DNA of 64,000 bases from an uncultured Victivallales bacterium (GCA_964345005.1 CAYFPQ010000001.1:38751-102750); one strand, 5' to 3'; counted from the first letter of the stretch, positions 1-9,477 are shown. The notes: generated by a model from the letters alone, not told the origin. Program-made: numbers and translations.

Positions 1-410
1 CAACTCTGACATATGCCAAGCTATGCAAGGCATGTTTGTTGCTGCAGGACCCGGATGTCGCCTACTGGGCCACACACTGCGATGTGGTCTGCCCAACGGA
101 AAATGGTGACATACCCGATATTGGGGCTACTATGGCGCTTATTGAGGCCGCTTGCGGTCGACGTCCGGACCGGGTATTCGGCAAACCCTCGATCGATATG
201 CTCAAGGCGGCGATGGATGCAAGGGGAGCAACTGCTTCGCAATGCTTGATGGTTGGCGATCGGGTTTACACTGACTACGAGATGGCGAAGAGGGCGGGTA
301 TACAGTTCATCGGTGTTTTGACAGGTGATTCAGATCTCGCCGCCTACCAGTCCTGTCAGAATACCATTGTTGTCCCTTCTGTCGCAGATCTGTTTGTCCA
401 AAATGCGTGA
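1..410 (+). CDS. HAD-superfamily hydrolase (HAD-IIA/NagD-like), 5'-partial; only the C-terminal part lies in the window
   Basis: Frame-3 ORF is open from nt 1. Translation carries the HAD motif III/IV region (...GKPS...MVGDRVYTDYEMAKRAGIQFIGVLTG...) typical of NagD-type sugar phosphatases. Confidence 0.6.
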   Translation, partial: TLTYAKLCKACLLLQDPDVAYWATHCDVVCPTENGDIPDIGATMALIEAACGRRPDRVFGKPSIDMLKAAMDARGATASQCLMVGDRVYTDYEMAKRAGIQFIGVLTGDSDLAAYQSCQNTIVVPSVADLFVQNA

Positions 411-1377
411 CTTAGCCCCCATACTCGTAAGTGTCTATGATCGCCGCTGGCACCTTGAGCAGTGCATCGAGGGGCTCAAGCGCAATGATCTCGCCAAGGA
501 CAGCATCCTCTATGTTGTCTCCGACGGTTCGGCCAAGCCCGAGCATGATGAGTCGGTTGCATCGGTTAGGGCGTACATCGACCAGATCACAGGCTTCAAA
601 GAGGTCCGCAAGATATATCGTCCCGAGAACTGGGGCGCGCACCGTTGTTGCATGGCGGCGAACAACCAGGTGCTTGCGGAGCACGGCCGGATGATCCGAA
701 TGGAGGACGATGTTGTATGTACCAAGTACTACCTGCAATATCTCAACCAAGCCCTTGATCTTTACGAGGATGATCCACGGATTTTCTCTGTGTGCGCTTA
801 CAGCTATGCTGGCCTAAAGATTCCGCGCAGCTACCCGAATGATGTGTTCTTGTGGTCGCGTCTCTCGACTTGGGGGTATGGGATATGGAAAGACAGATGG
901 AAGGCTGTGGACTTTGAGATGACTAGGTACCCAGAGTTTGTTGCCGACAGGTCTGCTGTCAAGAGATATAGGCGCATCGCACCAGATAGCGGGCATTTGG
1001 AGGATGACGCAAGGGGTCTGATCGAGGCGACTGATTCAAAGATGGGTTTTCACATGTTTCTTAATAACATGTACAGTGTCTACCCTGTACATTCTCTGAC
1101 TAAGAACATCGGAAATGATGGTACAGGTTGTCGTTGTGGCAAAAGCCGTCGCCTGCAGCGCCAGGCAATCGAAGATTGTCCGGTGGTGCTGACAGAACAT
1201 CTTGAGCCCAATAGGGCTATCCACAGGAGGCTCTACTGGAGTCGGTTTTCATTTTCCGTGCATGTGGTTGGGCGCGTGCTTAGGCGGCTAGGAGTATTCG
1301 ATTTGTGCTACCGTCTGTATCGACGCGCTAGAGGCCTAAGAGTCGAGCCGTCTGCCCGCAGTGATCGCAGTCGCTAG
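403..1377 (+). CDS. GT-A fold glycosyltransferase-like protein (family-2-like)
   Basis: 324-aa ORF. The ATG at 403 is the first in-frame start after the HAD stop; the longer track ORF from 325 overlaps the HAD gene. N-terminus 'ILVSVYDRRWHLEQCIEGL...YVVSDGS' resembles a GT2 nucleotide-binding fold with a degenerate DxD; assignment is weak. Confidence 0.5.
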   Translation: MRDLAPILVSVYDRRWHLEQCIEGLKRNDLAKDSILYVVSDGSAKPEHDESVASVRAYIDQITGFKEVRKIYRPENWGAHRCCMAANNQVLAEHGRMIRMEDDVVCTKYYLQYLNQALDLYEDDPRIFSVCAYSYAGLKIPRSYPNDVFLWSRLSTWGYGIWKDRWKAVDFEMTRYPEFVADRSAVKRYRRIAPDSGHLEDDARGLIEATDSKMGFHMFLNNMYSVYPVHSLTKNIGNDGTGCRCGKSRRLQRQAIEDCPVVLTEHLEPNRAIHRRLYWSRFSFSVHVVGRVLRRLGVFDLCYRLYRRARGLRVEPSARSDRSR

Positions 1378-1434
1378 CGTTGTGACTCTCTTGCCTCTGG
1401 GGTGGGGAGCCGCTGTTCTGCGCGCGCATGCTTA

Positions 1435-2175
1435 TCATGAGGAATAGCCCTTGGTATAGAGAACGTCGAAGCGATACTCGCTATTCACAAGGAAGTCAGC
1501 CTGCTCAATGACTTTCGCCTTCACGTCTTCCCGGTAGGCTGCGATGGCATCGAAGAACTCGCGGTCAAACCATGTACCTATCATGGGGCGGCACTCCAGA
1601 ATGCGTTGGATGTAATCCTTGCGAAACTCCGGCTTGTCCAAATACTGCCAAAGCTTGCGGGCATCAGGCACATCGCCGACCAGCAACCGTCCTCCAGGCC
1701 TCAGGAGTTCGATAGCTCTGTCAATCAAGCGAACGGCGTCTCGCTGGTCAAAATGCTGGATCGCGAAGTAGATTACAACGACATCGGCAGATGCTTCAGG
1801 CAGTTCGACTTCAAGCACATCACCGTGAAGTGTATCGAAGACGTTAGGGAAGAGCTCACGCGCTTGCGCAAGAAGCCCTTCGGAGAAATCGACGCCGACA
1901 GAACTCGCACATCTTTTCGCTAGTGGGCCTAGAAGCAATCCGTTGCCGCAACATAGCTCAACGAGGTCACTGCTTTCTTCCAGGCAAGTCAGCTTGGCAA
2001 CATACTCTACTGTCCGTTCCCATTGGTCCGCGGGAACGGGAACCCCGTTCCGGGTTCGGCCTACGTTCTTCTGTGGGCATCCGGCACACACGACGCTGCG
2101 ACGGTTCCAGAATTCTTGCCAGTATGCCGCACCACCCTCTCCAGCCTGGCTCGCGCAATCCGATACAGAACTCAC
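1435..2175 (-). CDS. class I SAM-dependent methyltransferase
   Basis: 246-aa ORF with the glycine-rich SAM motif 'LVELCCGNGLL' and an acidic loop (Methyltransf_11/25-like). Last gene of the minus-strand sugar operon. Confidence 0.75.
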   Translation of the reverse strand: MSSVSDCASQAGEGGAAYWQEFWNRRSVVCAGCPQKNVGRTRNGVPVPADQWERTVEYVAKLTCLEESSDLVELCCGNGLLLGPLAKRCASSVGVDFSEGLLAQARELFPNVFDTLHGDVLEVELPEASADVVVIYFAIQHFDQRDAVRLIDRAIELLRPGGRLLVGDVPDARKLWQYLDKPEFRKDYIQRILECRPMIGTWFDREFFDAIAAYREDVKAKVIEQADFLVNSEYRFDVLYTKGYSS

Positions 2176-2188
2176 ATCACCATCCGAT

Positions 2189-2857
2189 TCAGTTCAGTCT
2201 GATTTTGTTCCTGTTGACAGGGAGGGGAATATTCGCTGGCGCCTTTATGATTGCGCCCTCGTCGACGTTCTCAAGAATCATTGTTCCGGCCCCAACCACC
2301 GCTTCGCGACCGATCCGTACGTTCCCTCGCAACGCGGCGTTGATGCCAACAAAGGCGTGAGGCTCTATCACTACGCCGCCAGACATCGCCGCTCTCGGCG
2401 CAATGTAGCAGTACTCGCCCAACTTGACGTCGTGACCGATGTAGGCCATTGAGCGAACGATAACTCCATCGGAGATCTCCGTGAATGGCTCGATGACAGC
2501 TCCCGGACTGATAATCACGTTCTCGCCAATACTGACGCCTGGCGCGACTACTGCATCTTTGCTGACGTAGGAAAGGAGCGAATAGCCTTTCTCATGTACC
2601 TCTTCACATTTCTGCTTGTCCAGCATGCGGTTAGTCACTCTCTGAAGTGTGAGAACAACGAGTACCTTGCATTCTTCAGGAGAGATAAAATCATTCAGAT
2701 TCTCAAAGGCAACGACGGGCAAAGAATCCAGTTCCGATTCCTCGATATAGTCCCTGTCCACAGTGAACCCGACCATGGAATATCGATTATCATGTCTGAT
2801 ATAGTGTGCAACCGTGCGCGACAGTCCTCCAGCGCCAAATATCACAACCTTGGTCAT
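2189..2857 (-). CDS. NeuD/PglD-family sugar N-acyl/acetyltransferase (hexapeptide, left-handed beta-helix)
   Basis: 222 aa. N-terminal Rossmann-like 'KVVIFGAGG' followed by hexapeptide repeats (GVSIGENVIISPGAVI...), the typical NeuD/PglD architecture. Confidence 0.75.
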   Translation of the reverse strand: MTKVVIFGAGGLSRTVAHYIRHDNRYSMVGFTVDRDYIEESELDSLPVVAFENLNDFISPEECKVLVVLTLQRVTNRMLDKQKCEEVHEKGYSLLSYVSKDAVVAPGVSIGENVIISPGAVIEPFTEISDGVIVRSMAYIGHDVKLGEYCYIAPRAAMSGGVVIEPHAFVGINAALRGNVRIGREAVVGAGTMILENVDEGAIIKAPANIPLPVNRNKIRLN

Positions 2858-3729
2858 CAGTCCTCCCGTGGTGTTATCTCCAGGCTAAGCCGTCTGCGCA
2901 CATCGGCTGGCGAGGCTATTTCTATCTGGAATAGGTCGCAGAATTTCTTGATTCGTTTCAAGAGTGCCATGTTTGTTGCCAAGGTCTTGCGCTCAGGGGT
3001 AGCCCAGATATTGTCCTCCAAACCGATCCTGACTCCCCCACCATTGGTGATACCATTTAGGTTCATCTTCAGCTGTGAGTCACCGATTCCTGCTACAGAC
3101 CAAACTGAGTCTTCCGGAAGCTCAGACAGCATGACCCCGAGGTTCAAGACATTCGCCTGCGCGCAGGCGATATTCCCAAAGAGAAGATTGAAGTAAAAAG
3201 GGGGAGCCAACAGCTTTTTCTTGTAGAGGTACTTTGCATAGTTGATCATTCCCACGTCGAACGCCTCCAGTTCTGGTTTAATGCCGCGCTCAAGCATCTT
3301 CCGTGCAAGCTTCTGGATCGTGTCAGGGCTATTGACGCTGGCAATCCGATTGAAATTCAGGGAGCTCAGGGTCAAACTCGCCATGTCCGGTTTGCTCTTC
3401 CCATCGAGATCCAGGCACTCTGACCGTTTCTCAAAATCAGGCCAATTCCGTCCGCTTGTTGATACGCCAAGAACCAGGGAGCTGTTATCATACCCGTCGC
3501 TCTCGCGTATTCCGTCGATGATCTCCTTGTACACGGACTTAGAGAACGTCGGCACGCCATCCTTGTCCCGCGCGTGAAGGTGGACCATGGAGACACCGTA
3601 TCTGCGGGCTTCGAGGACCTCATCGATGATCTCCTGCGGAGAAACGGGCACGTGGGGAGTCATCTTCTTGGTGGGAATCATGCCCGTCGGGGTGAAATTG
3701 ATGATGACCCCCAGACCTTCTTCTCTCAT
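2857..3729 (-). CDS. BKACE-family enzyme (DUF849; 3-keto-5-aminohexanoate cleavage enzyme-like)
   Basis: TIM-barrel BKACE signature 'VIINFTPTGMIPTKKMTPHVP...VHLHARD...' . The start is set at ATG 3729 because a GGAGGT Shine-Dalgarno lies 7 nt upstream; the longer ORF to 3777 is less likely. Confidence 0.75.
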   Translation of the reverse strand: MREEGLGVIINFTPTGMIPTKKMTPHVPVSPQEIIDEVLEARRYGVSMVHLHARDKDGVPTFSKSVYKEIIDGIRESDGYDNSSLVLGVSTSGRNWPDFEKRSECLDLDGKSKPDMASLTLSSLNFNRIASVNSPDTIQKLARKMLERGIKPELEAFDVGMINYAKYLYKKKLLAPPFYFNLLFGNIACAQANVLNLGVMLSELPEDSVWSVAGIGDSQLKMNLNGITNGGGVRIGLEDNIWATPERKTLATNMALLKRIKKFCDLFQIEIASPADVRRRLSLEITPRED

Positions 3730-3929
3730 ATCAGGACCTCCGACCCGCTTTCTCCTATTGGCAACACTGAATAACACGTATCCTTGGCGGAACAGGCGTC
3801 GGGCGAGCCCCCGAATACCAGATTCTCAGACGTGCTGCCGATCCGCCAAGACCTTCAGGCGGAACCAAGCACCGAGCCAACTGAGAGGCAAGAGACGAAC
3901 ATGGCAGAATAGGCGTACCAACTCCTTCG

Positions 3930-4943
3930 CTAGTGCCGTTGACGGTTCTTCAGGACTCTCTCCAGGATTTCCTGGCGATAGGGATCAAGATGAACCAACT
4001 GAGTATACCGAAACATCTCGCAGTCCCGGCAGAAGGGCATTTCACTGCGCTCGCCCCTCAGGAACTTGACCTGATACTCAAAGAGGATGTCCGACTCCCA
4101 TACCTCCTTTATGCTCTGCTCCCGCAAGTCCCCCACAACGAGCTTGTGGTCCCAGTCGGCAGAGCACAGAATGGCCTTTCCATCTGAAGTGATTCGCATC
4201 TTGTAGAAAACAAACGGACACACTTCGGAAGATTCGAAGACTTCGTCGCCAAGCATGGTGTGCTGAACATCGGGCCATTCGATATCATGGGAAGGCCAAT
4301 AGGGAACGAGGTGTTCAAGGAAGATTTGGTCGCAGATGGGCGAGAAGGTCTCCAGGAACACCCGTTTCTGATCTTCATCGAGACACTCAGCCATTGCCTT
4401 GGTCGTAATCACACAGCCCTGACGGTGCTCAAATACATACTTGATGTTGCGCACATATTCTTGGAAATCAACCTGTTTGCCTGTGACCCGGTTGAAGTGC
4501 TCATCCGACGTGCCGTTCACTGAGATATCCAGTTGGTCCAGGCCCGCCTCGATCAGAGGAATGGCACGCTCTTGAGTCAGCAGGGATCCATTGGTAACAA
4601 GGCTGATGCGGTTGAGGTACGACTTCTCTTTCGCATATGCAACCATGTCGGGCAGGCGCGGGTTGATCAACGGCTCCCCATGCATGCCAAGTTCCAGCAT
4701 CTTTATGGGAACGCCGAATTCCTCTATGTCGTCGATAATCTTCTTGAAGAGGTCAAGTTCCATCAGGCCAGGCACGCGCTGGCTGGTGGTGGAATTCTTG
4801 TCGCTACACATTGGACAGAAGAAACACTCGAAATTACAGAGGCTGGAGGAATCCACCAAGATCGAATACGGTGCCGGGAGCGGAATTCGCTCGTGCAGCG
4901 GCTCGTAGTTCTCCTTCTTTGCTCTCGATTTGTACTTCGCCAT
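3930..4943 (-). CDS. radical SAM enzyme with C-terminal SPASM/twitch cysteine cluster
   Basis: CxxxCxxC motif 'CNFECFFC' near the N-terminus. C-terminal Cys-rich region '...CPFVFYKM...CSADWD...CRDCEMF' is SPASM-like. 337 aa. Confidence 0.8.
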   Translation of the reverse strand: MAKYKSRAKKENYEPLHERIPLPAPYSILVDSSSLCNFECFFCPMCSDKNSTTSQRVPGLMELDLFKKIIDDIEEFGVPIKMLELGMHGEPLINPRLPDMVAYAKEKSYLNRISLVTNGSLLTQERAIPLIEAGLDQLDISVNGTSDEHFNRVTGKQVDFQEYVRNIKYVFEHRQGCVITTKAMAECLDEDQKRVFLETFSPICDQIFLEHLVPYWPSHDIEWPDVQHTMLGDEVFESSEVCPFVFYKMRITSDGKAILCSADWDHKLVVGDLREQSIKEVWESDILFEYQVKFLRGERSEMPFCRDCEMFRYTQLVHLDPYRQEILERVLKNRQRH

Positions 4944-4987
4944 GGCGCGTCACTCCCTAAGAAGTTCATGCCGGTCAGGAGCCCCGA

Positions 4988-5719
4988 TCACTCGCCCTTG
5001 ATGATGTATGCCGTCGGTGTCCAGGAGTTGGGTATGGTTCGAACGACTGCACCGGGTAGACACTCATGCAATGCCGCAGTTTCTCCCGGGGCCAGCTCAA
5101 TGGAGTACTGATCGAAGATAATGATGCCCTTCTCGTTGAGTCTTTCCCAGAAGAATGGCAGACACGCTTTGACCACGTCGTACCGGCCACAGTCCATCAT
5201 GATGAGCTTGAAACGCAAATGACTGTTCTGCTCAAAGAACCCCGCGATATCCGCTCGCAGATCCAGGTTATGGAGTTTGAGGATATTGTCCATGCCCTGC
5301 ATCTTCACCATTTCCAGAACGTCTTCGTATTCCGCCCTATACCCTCCGTTGGCCGTCAGTTCGGAATCCTTATCGCCTGCAACCATGCCCTGGAACCAAT
5401 CGAAACCGTGACACAAGGTTAGCGCCTCCGATTCGAATATCTTGATGAGTTTTGCAAAGAGCAGTGAGGAACCGCCTTTGTAGACACCTACGTCTGCTAC
5501 GTGTCCGGCAATGCCCAGTACCTGCTTGTAGAGTTCATAGAGGGTAAAGCAACGATTGAGCGTCATGTGGCCGGTAAACGCGGTGAAGTGATAGATTAGA
5601 TCCTCGTGTGAGATGTTCCGCTCTCTTACGTACTCAACATAGCGATAGAACTCATCTCGACGATGGTCGAACTTGACGCTTTCCATCTTCCCATAAGTGT
5701 GCCCCTGAGACTCAGGCAT
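4988..5719 (-). CDS. TylF/MycF (macrocin-O-methyltransferase) family sugar O-methyltransferase
   Basis: 243 aa. 'DVGVYKGGSSLLFAKL...' SAM-binding region and overall TylF-like length and pattern. Confidence 0.75.
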   Translation of the reverse strand: MPESQGHTYGKMESVKFDHRRDEFYRYVEYVRERNISHEDLIYHFTAFTGHMTLNRCFTLYELYKQVLGIAGHVADVGVYKGGSSLLFAKLIKIFESEALTLCHGFDWFQGMVAGDKDSELTANGGYRAEYEDVLEMVKMQGMDNILKLHNLDLRADIAGFFEQNSHLRFKLIMMDCGRYDVVKACLPFFWERLNEKGIIIFDQYSIELAPGETAALHECLPGAVVRTIPNSWTPTAYIIKGE

Positions 5720-5915
5720 ATGACAGCCCCTTCTTGTTCACCCCTGTTCTGGAGGTATTCGTGATAGTCGACACAGCGCCTGCACCGAGGGGCCCAGAGC
5801 CCAAACAGGAGGCAGCCCTGTGCCGTTGGATTACCAATGCACGACGAATTGACATGAATCCAGAATCGCATAAGAGCGGACCTGAACACAAGGCGAGAAA
5901 AGGCGTGCAAGGGTC

Positions 5916-6650
5916 CTATCCAATCAACGAGTAGCTGGACAACAGTTTTCTTGTATCCTCAACGGAATTGAACATCATAACATCAACAATCGACAGGTTG
6001 GGCTCAAAGGGATTCCCGAATTGCCTGTAGGCTAGGTCTGGGTCCACGCGCAGGAATGCCAGATCGATGCCTGCATCTGAGAATGACTTGCTGTCGTACA
6101 GAGAGACTCCTCCTATTGGGTTGACGTAGGTCGCCGCGCCCTCATGCTGGCAGATAGCAATCACTCTGTCTTGGCCTTTGAGTGAATGGTCAACATCGAG
6201 GTGAGATGATATTGCCATCGAAGGTGTCATCTGCAGGTAGGAGCAGGCAGCCTTTAGAGAGTGAAGAATAAAGTCGAACAGATTCGTCTTGCTGTGCATC
6301 ACGCACTCCTCGACGAGGGGATAGGCATCGTCGAAGAAAGGGGCTCGCCGATACGCATTGCGAACTACGTTGAGGATCTTCTGTCTATCTCTATTGCTGT
6401 TCACGGCGATTTCTCGCTCGCAGACATGCAGTGTATCGGATGCATGCGCAACAGGTATGGTAAACACCCTTGGTGAACCGTGATCCAGAATGCGGTTTCG
6501 TTGGATCCATCCTTTCTTTGTGAACTCCACGTTGTCATAGACCACAAACCTGTCTGCACAGGTGAGTAGCTGGAAATACCCAATGTACGGAAGGAAGTAC
6601 GGCTGCATAATCGCCACTCTGGGCGCTTTGCATTGAGCAGGTTCAGGCAT
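5916..6650 (-). CDS. WbqC-family protein
   Basis: N-terminus 'VAIMQPYFLPYIGYFQLL...' is the conserved WbqC-like signature seen in O-antigen/perosamine-type clusters. 244 aa. Confidence 0.75.
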   Translation of the reverse strand: MPEPAQCKAPRVAIMQPYFLPYIGYFQLLTCADRFVVYDNVEFTKKGWIQRNRILDHGSPRVFTIPVAHASDTLHVCEREIAVNSNRDRQKILNVVRNAYRRAPFFDDAYPLVEECVMHSKTNLFDFILHSLKAACSYLQMTPSMAISSHLDVDHSLKGQDRVIAICQHEGAATYVNPIGGVSLYDSKSFSDAGIDLAFLRVDPDLAYRQFGNPFEPNLSIVDVMMFNSVEDTRKLLSSYSLIG

Positions 6651-7905
6651 GGGGATGTCCCTCCCTGATGCGCAGTATTGGCCGTAGAGGCTGATGCTGA
6701 CTGCGGGATCTGATCTGCTCCGCGTGTTCTCTAGCGAACGATATCAGACTGCATATGCGGCGGACCTGCGCCTGAGAAAGAAGGGGGCCCGTAGGTAGCA
6801 CTAGTACGCTATCGCAGGTTTGCCGCGTCGCTCCAAGGTTCCTGCCTCTCGCGTCTGGGGCACTGTGGCTGTGGTACGGCGCCATCATGTCACATCCCGG
6901 AAAGAAATAACGCCTCGCCATTATTCGCTCTGCCTCCAGGACGGCCAGCAATTCGTCACGCCTGAGGCCGAAGGTGTCAGCGGCCACCTCGGTGACCACG
7001 TAGTGATGCATGTTTGTCTGTGCCTCCTGGTACGTGACTAGGCCGATTCCGGGGATGTCCTTCAGGTGTTCGGCGTAGAGGGCGTGGTTCTCGCGATTGC
7101 GCTGGACGATACTGGGCAAGGCATCAAGCATGGACAGACCCATTACGGCTGAGACTTCGCTCATTTTGCCATTGGTGCCGAGGTAGATGACGTTGTCGCG
7201 ACCAGCGAAGCCAAAATTGGTCATTAGGCGTGCCTTCTCTGCCAGCTCTGCATTGTTCGTGACGATCGCGCCACCTTCAAACGTGCTGATGACTTTAGTG
7301 GCGTGGAAGCTGAAGACTTCGGCTTCGCCGAAATTGCCTATGTGTTTGCCATGGTAGGTGCTGCCGAAGGCGTGGGCGGCGTCGAAGATCAAGGGGAGGT
7401 CATGGCGTTTGGCGATGGTTTCAAGCGCGTCAGTATTGCATGGCTGTCCCCAGAGATGGGTTGCGCAGATGCCGCCGGTATTGGGGGTGATCAGGGATTC
7501 GACTTGCTCGGGGTCGATGTTGTGGGTTGCGGGATCAATGTCGCAGAACACCGGAGTCATGCCCTGCCACGCCATGGCGTGTGCAGTGGCGACGAAGGTA
7601 AAGGCGGGGACGATGATCTCGTTCCTAAAGCCGGCCGCACGGGCGGCGATTTCAAGGCCGATTGTTGCGTTGCAGACGGAGACGCAGTGCTTAGCGCCGG
7701 TGAATTCGCAGATGCGCTGCTCGAATTCGCGCACGTAGGGACCGAAGTTGGTGAACCAGCGGCTTTCAAGAATGTCGCGGAAACGGGCGAGGGTGGCGTC
7801 GATGTCGCCGACATTAGGGCGGCCGACGTGAAGGGGCTCGTCGAAGAGGGGGTTGCCTCCGAAGATGGCGAGGTCGTCGATGGTTTTCTTTTCGCGGTGA
7901 CTCAC
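6643..7905 (-). CDS. DegT/DnrJ/EryC1/StrS-family PLP-dependent sugar aminotransferase
   Basis: '...FDAAHAFGSTYHGKHIGNFGEAEVFSFHATKVISTFEGGAIV...' with the conserved Lys. First gene of the minus-strand operon; its stop overlaps the WbqC start by 8 nt. Confidence 0.85.
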   Translation of the reverse strand: MSHREKKTIDDLAIFGGNPLFDEPLHVGRPNVGDIDATLARFRDILESRWFTNFGPYVREFEQRICEFTGAKHCVSVCNATIGLEIAARAAGFRNEIIVPAFTFVATAHAMAWQGMTPVFCDIDPATHNIDPEQVESLITPNTGGICATHLWGQPCNTDALETIAKRHDLPLIFDAAHAFGSTYHGKHIGNFGEAEVFSFHATKVISTFEGGAIVTNNAELAEKARLMTNFGFAGRDNVIYLGTNGKMSEVSAVMGLSMLDALPSIVQRNRENHALYAEHLKDIPGIGLVTYQEAQTNMHHYVVTEVAADTFGLRRDELLAVLEAERIMARRYFFPGCDMMAPYHSHSAPDARGRNLGATRQTCDSVLVLPTGPLLSQAQVRRICSLISFAREHAEQIRSRSQHQPLRPILRIREGHPHA

Positions 7906-7914
7906 AGTGGTGTG

Positions 7915-7992
7915 GAGTATGTGGTCTGTGGGCGGGGGAGGTCAAGGATGGGGAGGAAATCTCGCGCGGAGGCGCAAGGTGGAGAGCTGGGA
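7915..7992. repeat. copy of a composite dispersed repeat (shares the 24-mer GGGGGAGGTCAAGGATGGGGAGGA with 25395-25418)
   Basis: Identical 24-mer at 7932 and 25395, and similar flanks '...tgggattatga...'. Lies between the DegT start and the HEPN stop. Confidence 0.5.
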
Positions 7993-8409
7993 TTATGACT
8001 GGGGCAGGAATCCGTTTGCGACGAGATATTGCTCTGCTGCGGTGAGTATGTCTTGGGCATGGCCAAGATCTGCTCTGGCATCCGCCTCATCAATGCTGAC
8101 ACCGATGTCATAGTCGCCTGTCTGCCGCTCGCGGAACAGGCGCGCTATCTTCTTGCCAAAATCCTTTGGGAATATGCCTGATACAACGAAATGCTTGCCG
8201 AATTCGGCAATGGTGCCACTGTGTGTGGAACAGGTGATGTCTCTGCTGAGTAGCAATGCCTCCAACGCATAGAAAGCAGTGTAATAGGCACGGGAGGCAC
8301 CGAAGTCGTAGTCACCCGCATCCACATCACGCTTTGCAGAAGCCATCGCTCGGCGTCCTTTGGTCAGCAAAGCTTGCAGTTGACTAGCCAGCTCGGGCGA
8401 AGGGGTCAT
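7993..8409 (-). CDS. HEPN domain protein (toxin-like partner of the upstream MNT)
   Basis: 138 aa. HEPN-type helical protein with 'R...AYYTAFYALEALL' and Rx4-6H-like features. Overlaps the MNT gene by 4 nt. Confidence 0.8.
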   Translation of the reverse strand: MTPSPELASQLQALLTKGRRAMASAKRDVDAGDYDFGASRAYYTAFYALEALLLSRDITCSTHSGTIAEFGKHFVVSGIFPKDFGKKIARLFRERQTGDYDIGVSIDEADARADLGHAQDILTAAEQYLVANGFLPQS

Positions 8410-8744
8410 ACAGGTACGCCTTCCTTCTCAATGTTCATGAAAAGTGGGTCAAACTTGCGGCCACGGGCAGTCGATTCGCTTGTCAAAAAGGCGGCCATGA
8501 CAACGCCAAACTGGTACAGCATTTGGCCCGCAATCTCATCGATTGCGTCTTTCATGTTGCGATTGACTTCGTCGACCACCACCAAGAGGTCATAATCGGA
8601 GTCGGGCTTGGCGTCCCCACGTGCACGTGAGCCAAACAGCACAATGCGTTTCAGGTGGCGGCCGAATTGTGCTTGGATACTGCCTCGGATGCGAGAGAGC
8701 ACCTGTGCTTGTTCGGCATGGTCATGTGCGCTTGTTTCAACCAT
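8406..8744 (-). CDS. nucleotidyltransferase (MNT) domain protein, HEPN-MNT module
   Basis: 'LFGSRARGDAKPDSDYDLLVVV' is the polymerase-beta-type NTase GS...D.D motif. 112 aa. Confidence 0.8.
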   Translation of the reverse strand: MVETSAHDHAEQAQVLSRIRGSIQAQFGRHLKRIVLFGSRARGDAKPDSDYDLLVVVDEVNRNMKDAIDEIAGQMLYQFGVVMAAFLTSESTARGRKFDPLFMNIEKEGVPV

Positions 8745-8856
8745 GTGTCTAGAGTGTCACACGCCCCGTTTCGGGTCAACGGCAAGATAAGCGATATCTG
8801 GTGGACGATTGCATGGATGAAATGCGAAGGTGAGCCGCAACGAAGGGGACAACGTG

Positions 8857-8940
8857 ATGCGTGAGCGGAATGCTTTGCTGTGGGCTGGAGTCGCAGCGCT
8901 TTTCTTGGTGGTGCTGCTCTCTGTGTTCTGGGAGCAGTAG
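8857..8940 (+). pseudogene. duplicated 5' fragment (27 codons + stop) of the YfhO-like membrane-protein gene that now starts at 9935
   Basis: 'MRERNALLWAGVAALFLVVLLSVFWEQ*' versus the intact N-terminus 'MRKRCFSRRAGVAALFLVLLLSVFWEP...'. About 85 bp of DNA is repeated, including the ATG. Confidence 0.6.
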
Positions 8941-9060
8941 TGGGTCTGGTTGCGAGCCGGAGATCAGAGATCAGAGTTCAGAGGGCGTAAGTCTGTAGCC
9001 GGAGCGGGAGTAAGAGGGGTCTCGTGCCCTCCGTCGCACGAGGCTATGGAGCGCGGGCCG
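8941..9060. repeat. composite dispersed repeat: heptamer array (GAGATCA/GCCGGAG units) plus the hairpin motif CTCGTGCCCTCCGTCGCACGAGGCTATGGAG
   Basis: 7-nt periodic units at 8956-9020. The hairpin-containing motif recurs at 12596-12630 and, in variant form, at 25500-25540. Confidence 0.6.
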
Positions 9061-9147
9061 AGATGCCAAGATGCAGAGCAGAAGAGCGGCACACGTTGGG
9101 AACAGGCACTTGTGGGCAGACGTCCGATTTGCTAGTCTCGATGCGTT

Positions 9148-9477
9148 ATGAGAGAGGTCGGAGAAGATGGTCTTGTCGAGGAGTTTGCCCGGCGGGTGCG
9201 AGCGGCCTTGCGTGACAAGGTTGCCGCCGTGATCTGGTTTGGGAGTCGGGTTCGTGGGCAGGCGCAAGAGGGTTCTGACTATGATCTGTTGGTGCAAACC
9301 CATCAGCCGATCAGTGCGACGGACCGTCATGCCGTAACCGATATCTCTATCGATCTCACCGCGCAATACAGGAAGTTGCTGGATGTGCACTATGCGGATG
9401 ACCGAAGAATGACCCCGAGCGAGGGAGTCCTGAGTCCTTTCCGTCTGACGGTCTTGCAGGAAGGGGTTCGCGTGTGA
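9148..9477 (+). CDS. nucleotidyltransferase (MNT) domain protein (second HEPN-MNT module)
   Basis: 'IWFGSRVRGQAQEGSDYDLLVQ' NTase motif. 109 aa. Overlaps the downstream HEPN gene by 4 nt. Confidence 0.8.
   Translation: MREVGEDGLVEEFARRVRAALRDKVAAVIWFGSRVRGQAQEGSDYDLLVQTHQPISATDRHAVTDISIDLTAQYRKLLDVHYADDRRMTPSEGVLSPFRLTVLQEGVRV

Noticed and set aside
325-1377. Long form of the glycosyltransferase ORF starting at 325
   Set aside because: It would overlap the upstream HAD gene by 86 nt in another frame. An in-frame ATG at 403 lies immediately after the HAD stop.
8745-8856. Integron-type cassette array (attC sites) as an explanation for the TA-like cassettes
   Set aside because: The cassettes are in mixed orientations, there is no intI-like gene, and the bordering repeats are heptamer-based rather than attC-like.
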